Positions 11,215-20,800 of a stretch of 32,277 nt of DNA are shown here, piece by piece (the stretch's first letter is position 1; each line of letters begins with the position of its first letter). The notes below the pieces were generated by a model that was given only the letters and a program-made list of their open reading frames with translations, made no database searches and was not told the DNA's origin. The position numbers were made by a program, and so were the translations under genes. The DNA is from Cladosporium halotolerans. Taxonomy: Eukaryota. The stretch is from contig NW_027191527.1 in assembly GCF_011745625.1 (NCBI RefSeq), positions 1 through 32,277 on the forward strand, given 5' to 3'.

Positions 11215-11360
11215 ATCTCAAGCATAGCCAAGCGGCTTGAGAAGTCATGTGCTTGCTTGCTTGATCAGAACCCTTTGGCTTGCTTGCTTGCTTGCTTGGT
11301 GCTCACGATAGCCAAGCGCAAGCAAGCCGCTCGTACTGGGCTTGCTTGTGGACACCACTG
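11215..11360 (-). mobile_element. 5' terminus of hAT element 1: TIR CAGTGGTGTCCACAAGC with CAAG/CTTG subterminal repeats
   Basis: Plus strand ...cttgcttgtggacaccactg ends at 11360, preceded by many GCTT/CAAG tetramers. It lies upstream of transposase 1 and exactly where transposase 2 homology stops. No matching 3' TIR was found. Confidence 0.75.
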
Positions 11361-13153
11361 AATCGGGCCAATTGCTTGCATCCTGAGGCCATCTCGTCTT
11401 TGCAAGCGCATACGCTTCGTCGATTGCACCGTTGGCAGCGTCGATCCATGCTGGCCTGCAGGCCCAATGCCTCTCGAACCAAGCCATCTTCAGATGAGGG
11501 TGCAGGAATATCGCCGTCCTGTACGCAAACGTATTGTCCGACATGCCATAGTACTTGTCCAGCTTCTTCCAACCAAGGTTGACACACGTTTTGATGTGGC
11601 TCTTGGGCTCGAACCGATACCTCTCCTTAAGCTGCTCGAACTCACTGAGCAGGCTGTCGAACGTCGCTAGCTGTTCCCAGAGCGCGTGCTTGGTATCATT
11701 GTCTTCCTGTAGCCGCAAGGAGGCGCTCTTCAAAGGAAGCAGTACTTCGAGCAACCGTTCCAGCTGCGACCAGTCCTCTACGTCAAGGCAGTCTGAGGCA
11801 GGCAGTCGGTCGCAGTCACTGAGCGATCGGAAATGGGTCTGGTAGAGCTCGATGGCATCCCGAGGCTTCATGGCGCGCTCGATCATGTCGCAGCTGCTGT
11901 TCCATCTGATACCACCCATTCACAATCACCCTATAGATACGGCCGTCGTCGGAGTCTGGATCAACGTTCTGCTTCATCTCAAAGAAGCGTCGACGCTTGG
12001 GGGTTTTCTGAATGTGCGTGACTAGGTTGTGGAGCTTTCCGACGGGTCCTTTGCGACGCCAAGTCTGAAGCGCTTCTTCGGACGGCACAGAGCAAACTGC
12101 GGCTTCGAAGGCTGCTACCCGGCGGCTGTCTGATAGACTTTCCTCGCCCTCGTCCGGCTCAAGCGCATCGACATCCATGCCATAGAGCACAGCCTTGGCT
12201 ACAAGATTGATGACGTGGGCACCGCAGCGCAAACGATGACATTGCGGATGAATCTCCAGACTTTCGCTCATGACTTTGATGGCTCGATCATTCGCAGACG
12301 CATTGTCCGCCATGAAGTACTGCACCTTCCCGCCAATGTCGTAGTCGTGTACCACTCGCAAAATCTCCTCGGCAATGCTTTCTCCGCTGTGCGTGCCGCG
12401 GGTATCCCGTAGACCGAGAAGTATCGCACGTGGATTTAAAGACGCATCGAGGTAATGCGCTGTAACACCAAGGAAGTCCAGACCATTGTTGGCAGTCCAG
12501 TTGTCGAAGGATATTGTTATGCTGCTGGCCGACTGTCTCAATGACTTCTCAATCGTGACTTTGGCATCAGATGCTGCTTGCATGATCCATTCTCGGACCG
12601 TGTTGACACTTCTCGGGACCAGGTTCTCTACCCGAGGGTTCTGAAATGTGAGTAGAAAGAGGTGCGACTGCGAGCTTGCTTGACGCAAAGACTGGTTGGT
12701 CGTCACTGCCCAACGCACAAAAGCATCAATCCAGCCTTTCTCGTTGAAGGTTGATCTATCGGCTGTGTTCTGGCGGTCGACATATTCAAGCATCGAGCCA
12801 GCCCGACGTTTCTGCCCACGATTGATCGGCCGTCCTTTGAGGTCGAACCCATGCCGTTCCATATGGCGCTGCGCCAATGTTGTAGAGACGACGGGCAAGA
12901 CATATTCTTTGAGAGGGTGATGGACAGAGTCAGCGTGACATATCGTACAGAGCCACACTAGGCTCAAGTCGCTGTCTCGTATCAAAGGTTCACCGTGCTT
13001 CCAGATCCAGCTTCCCCGCGGCTTCTTCGAGGGCGGAGCGGATGTGTAGCCATTGGGACTCGCGCCAGTGAGAAGTGGACCACCTCCATTCCGCTGAGCA
13101 TTTGGTGACAATGCGGTACGTGCAGCTGCCACGTTGTCCAGTTCAATTGGCAT
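11361..13153 (-). pseudogene. hAT-family transposase 2, N-terminal and central part (frameshift at ~11916; cut off at 11361 by hAT element 1)
   Basis: SWIWKHG...WLCTIC...RHMERHG (BED), TISFDNWTA, YFMADNASAND, RLRCGAHVINLV. One extra G joins VIVN to GGIRWNS. Continues LGWKKLDKYY and FLHP; no dimerisation domain on this strand. Confidence 0.9.
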
Positions 13154-13374
13154 GGCAAGATGTCTGCAGAATTTCGGATCTGTTTATTTAGTGGCAGTGG
13201 GCCATGCGACTGACCGAGCAGACCATGCGGCAATTCCGCGTCGCGTGTCGCGTGCCACAAAGTCGCGCTGGCTTTAGCTGACGTCAACACAGGTGGAGGC
13301 AATTTTCAAGGGTTGGGGTTGGGGTGAGTCGAGAGCACTCCACGTACCCATATTTTTGCGCCAAGCCGACGGCA

Positions 13375-13508
13375 ATGTCTACAAACAGTTTGCAAACAAT
13401 TTAATTTTGTTTGGTTTGCTTATGTAATGGGCGAGTGGGTGTTTGTCTGTCTGATTACGTGATCAAACAGACAAACTGCTTGTTTGTGTCTGTTTGATGA
13501 ACACCCTG
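13375..13508 (-). mobile_element. 5' terminus of hAT element 2: TIR CAGGGTGTTCATCAAACA with CAAAC/GTTTG subterminal repeats
   Basis: Plus strand tgtttgatgaacaccctg ends at 13508, with a dense cluster of CAAAC/GTTTG motifs, upstream of ATG 13153. Confidence 0.8.
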
Positions 13509-13867
13509 GCTGTTTGCTTGAGGCCGGCGGAGCCGACATTCAAATCCAAGTCAAGGTTTGATGAGTATAACACCCTGCCGCAAGAAGTAGACTCAATGGA
13601 CGATCTGCAGCTCTACAAGCGAGAAGAGTGAACGCCGGGACTTTATTCGCCATCTCCTCTTTAATGGTGGCGTCAAAACCACACAAGATTCCCCCTTCTC
13701 AGACATCTCGCGTCCGAGTTCTTTGCGATTCCAGCGAGCGCCGCTGCGAATGAGAGAACATTTCGATTGCTGGCAACTCAGTGGACAACGACAGGCCACG
13801 GACACTTTATGAACTTGCGGAAGCACAACAGCTGCTACGTAGTTCGTACGACGAGGGTATTGTGTGA
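13509..13867 (+). pseudogene. hAT transposase C-terminal dimerisation domain fragment, on the strand opposite to transposase 2
   Basis: Plus strand, with 2 stops and 2 one-base frameshifts: AVCLRPAEPTFKSKSRFDEYNTL...DDLQLYKREE*...SPL*WWRQNHTRFP/LLRHLASEFFAIPASAAANERTF/SIAGNSVDNDRPRTLYELAEAQQLLRSSYDEGIV*. Not in the ORF track. Confidence 0.85.
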
Positions 13868-13939
13868 GGTGTTCTGCTGCCAGTCCATCATGAAAGCCCG
13901 GACTTCGTGTAAGCAACCGACCGCCAAGACCGAAGAATG

Positions 13940-14068
13940 TCTTGGCAAACGATACAAACAGGCAAACAAATCAATGTCATCTCTCAAACAAACGAACAAG
14001 AAGCCTAAGATCAGGTAACCAAACAAACATTCGTCGAAATCCTGTTTGTTTGTTTGATGATCACCCTG
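13940..14068 (+). mobile_element. 3' terminus of the hAT element 2 family (TIR reverse complement CAGGGTGATCATCAAACA) with CAAAC subterminal repeats
   Basis: tgtttgatgatcaccctg ends at 14068 and is 17/18 identical to the terminus at 13491-13508. It has the same subterminal motif and follows the dimerisation-domain stop. Confidence 0.82.
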
Positions 14069-14269
14069 GACGGACCCGGGCCTCGCGTTCCATCCGACAA
14101 TTTGTCAAATGACGCCGACGATCTCCCGAGCATGCAGAAGACCGCTTTGAGGGAGAGCTGCACAAGCACCCTTCAGGGATATGCAGAAGCCAGAAGCCAA
14201 AAAAGGCCAACTGAAATGTATATACCTTCCGGTAGACTTTCCTAGGGAATTCGCTGTTGCTTAAGCCAA

Positions 14270-14395
14270 GTCATCTTGTTTTTTTTTTTGACAAGGTGTT
14301 ACAATATGACATTATATTGACATTGGACTTGTTACATGCTTTATGACATCGACAACGGCCAATCTTTATGACAATGTCATATAATGGCAGCCCTG
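14270..14395. mobile_element. Orphan hAT-like terminus (reverse complement CAGGGCTGCCATTATATGAC) with TGACA subterminal repeats
   Basis: Several TGACA/TGTCA/TTACA motifs in an AT-rich 120-bp stretch ending in ...ggcagccctg at 14395. No linked ORF was recognised. Confidence 0.55.
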
Positions 14396-14816
14396 GTACT
14401 AAGGGTTTAAGGGTATGGAAGAAGTAACTGGGTGAGTAGCACACTGGTCAAGTTGCGTCATGATCAATGACTCCAAGTTGGTTACTTAAGTTGAGCACGA
14501 GGCTCCTATGAAAGATGGAACTCCAACTATCCCCTATACCAAGGAGACTCGTGAGCATCTGCGCTCCGCTCTGTATCCACAAAGGGACATAGAGCAACAG
14601 AGCAGCAGAGCAACAGAGCACTCTGCAGGTCACGTGACCCTTGCTCTGTGAGGCTCAGCTCAGCTTGACAGAGCAAGCTGTAGCTACGACGTCCAACGTC
14701 GCCCTCTGCCTGAGGCTACCATTACATTTTAGTCTCTGTCGAAGGATTATGCTTCATTGCGTCTTTGTGCCGCTATTGCTAGATTATGCGTACACCCTCA
14801 AGTATTCTATCTCACC

Positions 14817-15623
14817 CTAAACCTCGATTCGCTTGCTCATATGCACGATGGTAAATCCTGCCGTGTTTCCCATCGTACACGGCCCATGATACGTCTCGTA
14901 ATCCGCGTGATAGAGCCTCCGTATGTAGAATGCCAAATTGATCTCTTTAACTGTCGATAGCAGGATGACAAGTTGCAGTCGCAACGTTCCTTTCTCAGCT
15001 CTCTCGAGCACAAACCGCCGCTTCACTTCTCCTTCAACTAGCTTCACCAATAAGCCTGCCAGCCCTTGCCGCTGCAGAGACGGGTCGACGGCCATAGTGC
15101 TCAATTCCCAGCCCTCGGTACTGGGTTCTAAAATTCCAGTCCGCGTGAAAGCGCTTTCTGCCACGTCCATACTCGCGGGCTGCCGCGACACGGTCTCTTT
15201 GTGACGCTTTGCGGATGCGACTCCAATTACCAAATCAGTCCCAGTATACGTAATTACGTAACTGAATGTGCCAGGCCTAGAGAGGTCGTCCACGAGTTGC
15301 TGATGCGATTGCAACCGCAAAGACTCCGCTGACATGATCCCGAAGGGATTTTGGGAGGCGAAAAAAGCATGGTTGATGAGATCGTGCACCCCAGGTATCA
15401 AGCCGGCAGCTTTGAGGTCTTTTGAGGCGTACAGCGTTACTGTTGTTGGTTTGTTGTGGACGATCGGTCCAGGCTGCGACTGTGCGCTGATGTGAGAGGC
15501 ATCTCCATCTGGCTTGCTACTTGCAGGGGAAAAGGGAGCGCTAAGACATGGTTCCGGGGCAATGACCTCCATTCCTTGGACGATTCCGTTGGCTGATGCT
15601 GGTGATGAGTCTTTGATGGCCAT
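14817..15623 (-). CDS. GNAT-family N-acetyltransferase, 268 aa
   Basis: Intronless ORF. WELSTMAVDPSLQRQGLAGLL matches GNAT motif A (V.P..Q/RxxGxA, acetyl-CoA binding), and STVKEINLAFYIRR resembles motif B. Substrate unknown. Confidence 0.85.
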   Translation of the reverse strand: MAIKDSSPASANGIVQGMEVIAPEPCLSAPFSPASSKPDGDASHISAQSQPGPIVHNKPTTVTLYASKDLKAAGLIPGVHDLINHAFFASQNPFGIMSAESLRLQSHQQLVDDLSRPGTFSYVITYTGTDLVIGVASAKRHKETVSRQPASMDVAESAFTRTGILEPSTEGWELSTMAVDPSLQRQGLAGLLVKLVEGEVKRRFVLERAEKGTLRLQLVILLSTVKEINLAFYIRRLYHADYETYHGPCTMGNTAGFTIVHMSKRIEV

Positions 15624-16322
15624 GATCGCCCGCTTGGTAAGGTGGGCAGTGAGATTTCAGAGGCTGCCTCGAAGACACGTGACCCCAGAAGAAGCCGTTC
15701 GAGAAGCGGGGTGGGGGCAGTCTAGGCTCGGCGATCTATATGAAAGTCTGCTAGGGCTCCGCGCTGTAGTCAGTCGTCTACTGAGCGATGCCAAAATACA
15801 ATCTGGATACACAGGTCGACCGGTCTTGCGCCAGGGCCTGACCAGCTTTGTCCATGTCTGGAAGGTAGCTATACAAAGGTGCGTGTATCTACAGTAACAG
15901 GTCTCGATGACTCTCGGCGCCGTACATGCGCCAGTTACACGCTCGAACTCGCCAGATGCCCATAGAAAGTGATGGAACCCCGCAATCTTCGATATGCCCT
16001 CTCCCAAGATATCTGTCATTGACATTTATCGTACCCTTTGCCAGAAGCCCAAGTCGCCATCACGTTGCTGCGGCTCGTGTTCCGTCCGTGTCGCCGCGCA
16101 CGGTGAGCCGAACGAATCAGACGAGACCTGCAACGCGATATCGGCCCGCGCAGCACGAAGTCCCGACCGACGTAAGCGCGAGCGTGCTCCTTGCATGACC
16201 TTGTTCAGCGCTTACACAGATGCATCAGCGCTCAGCAAAAAATGCGCTCGGAGGACTTGTTCAATTATTGAAGAAAAACCCATTTATCACGTAAATACTG
16301 TGCCTATTCGGCATACCTGTCA

Positions 16323-17855
16323 ATGGCCGCCGTTGTGCGCCCGCCGTCGCAGCCGGGCGAGGACGCGTCGCCCGCGTTGACGCGTCCAAGCCGACAACGC
16401 GTCTCACGCACCGAGATCGACTATCGAAAACTGCATCGAGGAATTTCGACGAGAGAGAGAGGTCTGTCTCAAGCGTCTGGAAAGAGCAGCGAAACGTCAG
16501 AGTCTCGGCTGGACACCGTCTTGAGGGCCATCGCGGGTGTGCGCGAGTCTGTTGACGAGCGCTTCGCGCTCATGCAGGAGGCCATCACCGAGAGATCGGA
16601 CATCGAACAAATCAAGGAGACCGTGTCGGATGAGCTGAAGACCATTGTGCAAGAGCGACTGAAAATAACCGTGCAACGTACGATCGTCGACGCCATTCGG
16701 GAAGAGGTCACAAAGACGGTGCAGCAACAGGTGAGTGAGGTAGTGTGCCAGGAGGTCAAGACTGTCATACAGCATGAGGTCACGAACATCGTGGACGAGA
16801 AAGTCGCTGCCATTATTCAGCAGCAAATCACCAGCGTAGTCAAACAGCAGGTTACTAGTATTGTTCAGCAGCAAGTCACTAGTATTGTTCAGCAGCAGGT
16901 CACCAGCATAGTGCAGCAGCAAGTCACCAGTATAGTTCAACAGCAGGTCACTTCTGTCGTCCAGGAACAGGTTTCAGCCATCATTGAAAAGCAGCTATCC
17001 AGCATTCAACTTTCCAGCCCAAACCCGTCGTATGCCGATGTTGCGCGCACCCCACCGAACAGTCACCCAAGTAACTTGAAGACGCTCTCCAACCAGACGA
17101 CCCCGTCGACCTTGACCGACACACTGTATTGCACGGTGGATGTGTCCAACGTTGAAGAGGAGGAGAGGGTCAGGGCGAGTGCGAGCACAATCAGACAGGA
17201 GGTCGAGGAAGGGATGAGGAAGGGAGAAGGGGGGAGTGGCTGGCGGTGCGTGGCGGTGACGAGAGACCCTCGCAACACCGGCCGCATCTGCATCACCTGT
17301 CGGGACGAAGACGAGCTGGCTCGCGTCAAGGTGGTGGCCGAAAGGGCAAAAGCGAGCGGAGCGCGCGTCCTGCGCGACCAATGGTACCCCGTTAAGGTGG
17401 ATAACGCATGCAGGGTAGCGGTTCTGGACGAGATTGGGGAGGTACGAGTTGGTGCAGTGGAGATGCTGGAGAAAGAGAACGAAGTGAAGATCGCCAAACT
17501 CTCTTCGCTCAGCCGGAAGGATTCGCCAAAGGCGTACGGGTCTATGGTGGTTTATGTGACGAAGCAAGCCGACGCAGCGAGGCTGCTGGAAGGCAAGTAC
17601 TTCGACGTGGACGGCGAGTCTGCTCTCACCCGAGTGTTCGAGCCAAGACGTGGACCAAAGCAGTGTTTGAGGTGTCTGGGGTTGGGTCACATGGCCTTTT
17701 CATGTACGAAGTCACAGGTGTTGGGCAGGTGTGCTCAGTCAGGACACCGTCACAGCGAATTTAAAGCAACCAGCCCCAGGTGCGCGATATGCGGCGGACC
17801 GCACGAGTCGACTAGTCGCCAGTGTCGGACCCTCTACCCGGCGACTGATGTCTAA
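16323..17855 (+). CDS. LINE-A ORF1, gag-like nucleic-acid chaperone, 510 aa
   Basis: Long coiled-coil/Q-rich region, PSYADVA motif, RVLRDQWYPVKVD, and C-terminal zinc knuckles CLRCLGLGHMAFSC, a degenerate second one, and CAICGGPHESTSRQC. Confidence 0.92.
   Translation: MAAVVRPPSQPGEDASPALTRPSRQRVSRTEIDYRKLHRGISTRERGLSQASGKSSETSESRLDTVLRAIAGVRESVDERFALMQEAITERSDIEQIKETVSDELKTIVQERLKITVQRTIVDAIREEVTKTVQQQVSEVVCQEVKTVIQHEVTNIVDEKVAAIIQQQITSVVKQQVTSIVQQQVTSIVQQQVTSIVQQQVTSIVQQQVTSVVQEQVSAIIEKQLSSIQLSSPNPSYADVARTPPNSHPSNLKTLSNQTTPSTLTDTLYCTVDVSNVEEEERVRASASTIRQEVEEGMRKGEGGSGWRCVAVTRDPRNTGRICITCRDEDELARVKVVAERAKASGARVLRDQWYPVKVDNACRVAVLDEIGEVRVGAVEMLEKENEVKIAKLSSLSRKDSPKAYGSMVVYVTKQADAARLLEGKYFDVDGESALTRVFEPRRGPKQCLRCLGLGHMAFSCTKSQVLGRCAQSGHRHSEFKATSPRCAICGGPHESTSRQCRTLYPATDV
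16815..16975 (+). repeat. 24-bp coding tandem repeat (VQQQVTSI octads) in LINE-A ORF1
   Basis: IQQQITSV-VKQQVTSI-VQQQVTSI-VQQQVTSI-VQQQVTSI-VQQQVTSV-VQEQVSAI; the DNA copies differ mainly at third codon positions. Confidence 0.9.
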
Positions 17856-20800
17856 GCAGATGAGGATTTTGCAACTGAACGTACAGAAGCAGCGAAGTGT
17901 GCAGCATAGTATGATGAGCGACGTGACATTGAAAGACTACGCGGCCCTAGTAATCAGCGAGCCTTACGTCTTCGAACTGGACGGGAAAGTGATAACGAGT
18001 CCAATGGGACACCGGTGTTGGACGGCCATCCTTCCCAGCGAAAGACACGACGGGAGGTGGGCGGTGCGAAGCATGCTTTGGGTGCGCAGAGATATGGAGT
18101 GCGAGCAAGTCAGGGTGCCATCGGCAGATCTCACTGTGGCTCTATTGCGACTACCAGATAGAGCGGTGCTGGTGGCGTCAGTGTATGTTGAAGGGGGCAA
18201 TGCGGCGACGCTGGATGCAACGATGGGCCTGCTCACCGAGGCCATACACAACGCTTGGCGCCGTGCTGGTCCACGCCTGGACATCGTCGTCGCCGGCGAC
18301 TTCAACCGCCACGACCAATTGTGGGGTGGAAACGAGGTACTACCCTACCGACAAGGGGAGGCGGACCCTATAATTGATTTCATGAGCGAATGGGGTCTAG
18401 AGAGCCTGTTACCTCGCGGGACCAAGACGTGGCAGAACAGCAGACGCGCGTCCACGATCGACCTTATGTTGGCTTCGCAGGAGCTGGCGTCGAGTGTCTT
18501 GACTTGCAAGATCCATGGCGCTGAGCATGGATCGGACCACCGGGCAATCGAGACAACGTTCGACGTTGAGCTTCCAGAGCACGCTACTCAACCGCGATTG
18601 CTCTTCCAAAATGCCCCATGGAACGCGATCCGGGAGCGTGTCGCTCACGCGCTGCGAGATCGAACCACACGCGGCGATGTGCAAATGCAGACCGACCGTC
18701 TGATGCAGGTGGTCCTGGAAGCGGTCAACGAGCTGACACCGAGGGCCAAGCCGTCCCCGTACGCGAAGCGATGGTGGACCCAGGATCTCACGAAGCTCCG
18801 TCAAGTCTACACGTACTGGAGAAATAGGGCTCGGGCACAGCGACGAGGCGGGGTGGCGCTTCCTGCTCTGGAAGAGCAGGCTCAAGCAGCGGCGAGGGAG
18901 TATCACGACGCCATACGCAAGCAACAAAGAATGCATTGGGATGAGTTCTTGGCCGAAGATACGAACATCTGGAAGGCGACCCGCTCCCTTAAGCCCGAGC
19001 AGGGCTCTGGGTGGTCAAGGATGCCGCCACTGCAAAAGGCAGATGGACCATTGACGCAGAGCACCGCGGAGCAGGCCGAGCAGTTGCTCGCAACCTTCTT
19101 CCCGCCGCTGCCCGAGAACATAGAAATTGAGACACAGACGCGACAAAGGCAACCTGTTGACATGCCGAAGTTGACCGTAGGAGAGATCGAATCTTGTCTG
19201 ATGAAGACCAAGCCTTGGAAAGCGGCGGGTGAAGACGGACTCCCAGCCGGAGTGTGGAGGCAAGTATGGCCGGCAGTCAAAGAAAGTGTCCGCCATCTCT
19301 TCCAGACTTCCCTCGACGCAGGAACTCTGCCACGGCAGTGGAAGATCGCAAAGATCATCCCACTGAAGAAGCCGAACAAGGACGACTACATTCGAGCGAA
19401 GGCATGGAGACCAATTTCACTGCTGTCAACTTTGGGCAAGCTGCTAGAAGCTGTCATCGCGGAAAGGATATCTTTTGCTGTTGAGACCCATGGACTGCTG
19501 CCCAACAACCACTTTGGCGCACGGAAACAGAGATCTGCCGAACAGGCCTTGCTGCTCCTTCAAGAACACATCTACGCCGCGTGGCGGGGCAAGAAAGTAC
19601 TGAGCCTTCTAAGTTTTGATGTCAAGGGAGCGTACAATGGAGTGTGTAAAGACAGGCTTTTGCAACGACTGGCGGCTAGAGGCATCCCTCCGAATGTGGT
19701 GAACTGGGTCGACTCTTTCTGCTCCGAGCGTACAGACACTATTCTGGTGAATGGTCGGACGTCCGAGTTGAGCTGGCTGGAGCAGGCCGGGTTACCGCAA
19801 GGTTCTCCCTTATCACCAATCCTTTTTCTCTTCTTTAACGCAGATCTTGTGCAACAGCGAATCAACCAAAATGGCGGAGCGATCGCCTTTGTCGACGATT
19901 ACACAGCGTGGGTGGTGGGCAAGACAGCTGCAGAGAACCATGAGCGTCTTCAAGCAATCGTTCAGCAAGCTACCGAGTGGGAGAGCAGGAGCGGTGCGTC
20001 CTTTGAAAGGGACAAGACTGCCTTCATCCATTTCACTAGAAACAGCAATCAGTCTGCGAGCGACCCAATCATTATCAAAGGGCGAGAAGTGCGACCCACG
20101 TCCAGTGTCAAGATTCTAGGTCTGGTGATGGACTCGCAGCTGAGGTACAAAGAGCACACCGCACGTGCTGCGACGAAGGGTCTACGTGCGGCCATGGCGC
20201 TGAAGCGGCTGCGAGGATTGCCATCATCCGTGACACGCAAGCTGTTCAGCGCCACGGTGGCTCCGGTAGTCGACTACGCATCGTCGGTATGGATGCACGC
20301 AAGAGGGGCCAGGGCGGAAAATGCGCTCAACCGAGTGCAGAGAATTGGTGGACAAGCGGTGACCGGCTGTTTTCGTACTGTGGGCACGGCGGTGGCGGAG
20401 GCGGAGGCTAACCTACCCACAATCCAAGAACGGCATATGCGCAAAGCACTGAGGATGTGGGTCGACCTGCACACTATGCCCAGCGTCCATCCTCTATCAC
20501 GATTGGTCAGTGGGCGGGTGTGCAGGAGATTCAAGTCGCCCATGCAAAAGATCGCCGAGAGCGGTCAAGCTGCGCCTCTGAGCGAGCTAGAAGCAATCCG
20601 ACCCTATATTTCAGCTCCGTGGGATGCGAGACTCGATGTAATGGAAAGCGCGGACGATGGTGTGCAAGCAGCCGCACAAGCTCAACAGGCAAAAGGCATT
20701 CGCATTGCCACTAGCGCGTCGGCCAGAGACCAGATGGTTGGCATCGGCGGCGCTATCGAGGGTGTTGGCCGGATAAGCGATGACATCGAGCGACTAGAGT

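Noticed and set aside
11245..11360. C-terminal ~38 aa of ORF 11245..11919 as real transposase sequence
   Set aside because: It is read-through into the hAT element 1 terminus (QASKQAS comes from CAAG repeats).
14279..14289. Poly(T) run as a retroelement tail
   Set aside because: No polyadenylation signal or LINE similarity next to it; it lies within the TGACA-repeat terminus.
17731..17847. ORF-track N-terminal extensions of LINE-A ORF2 (and likewise 26032-26088 for the pogo transposase)
   Set aside because: They begin at non-ATG codons inside ORF1 or the TIR; the first ATGs (17848, 26031) fit the domain boundaries.
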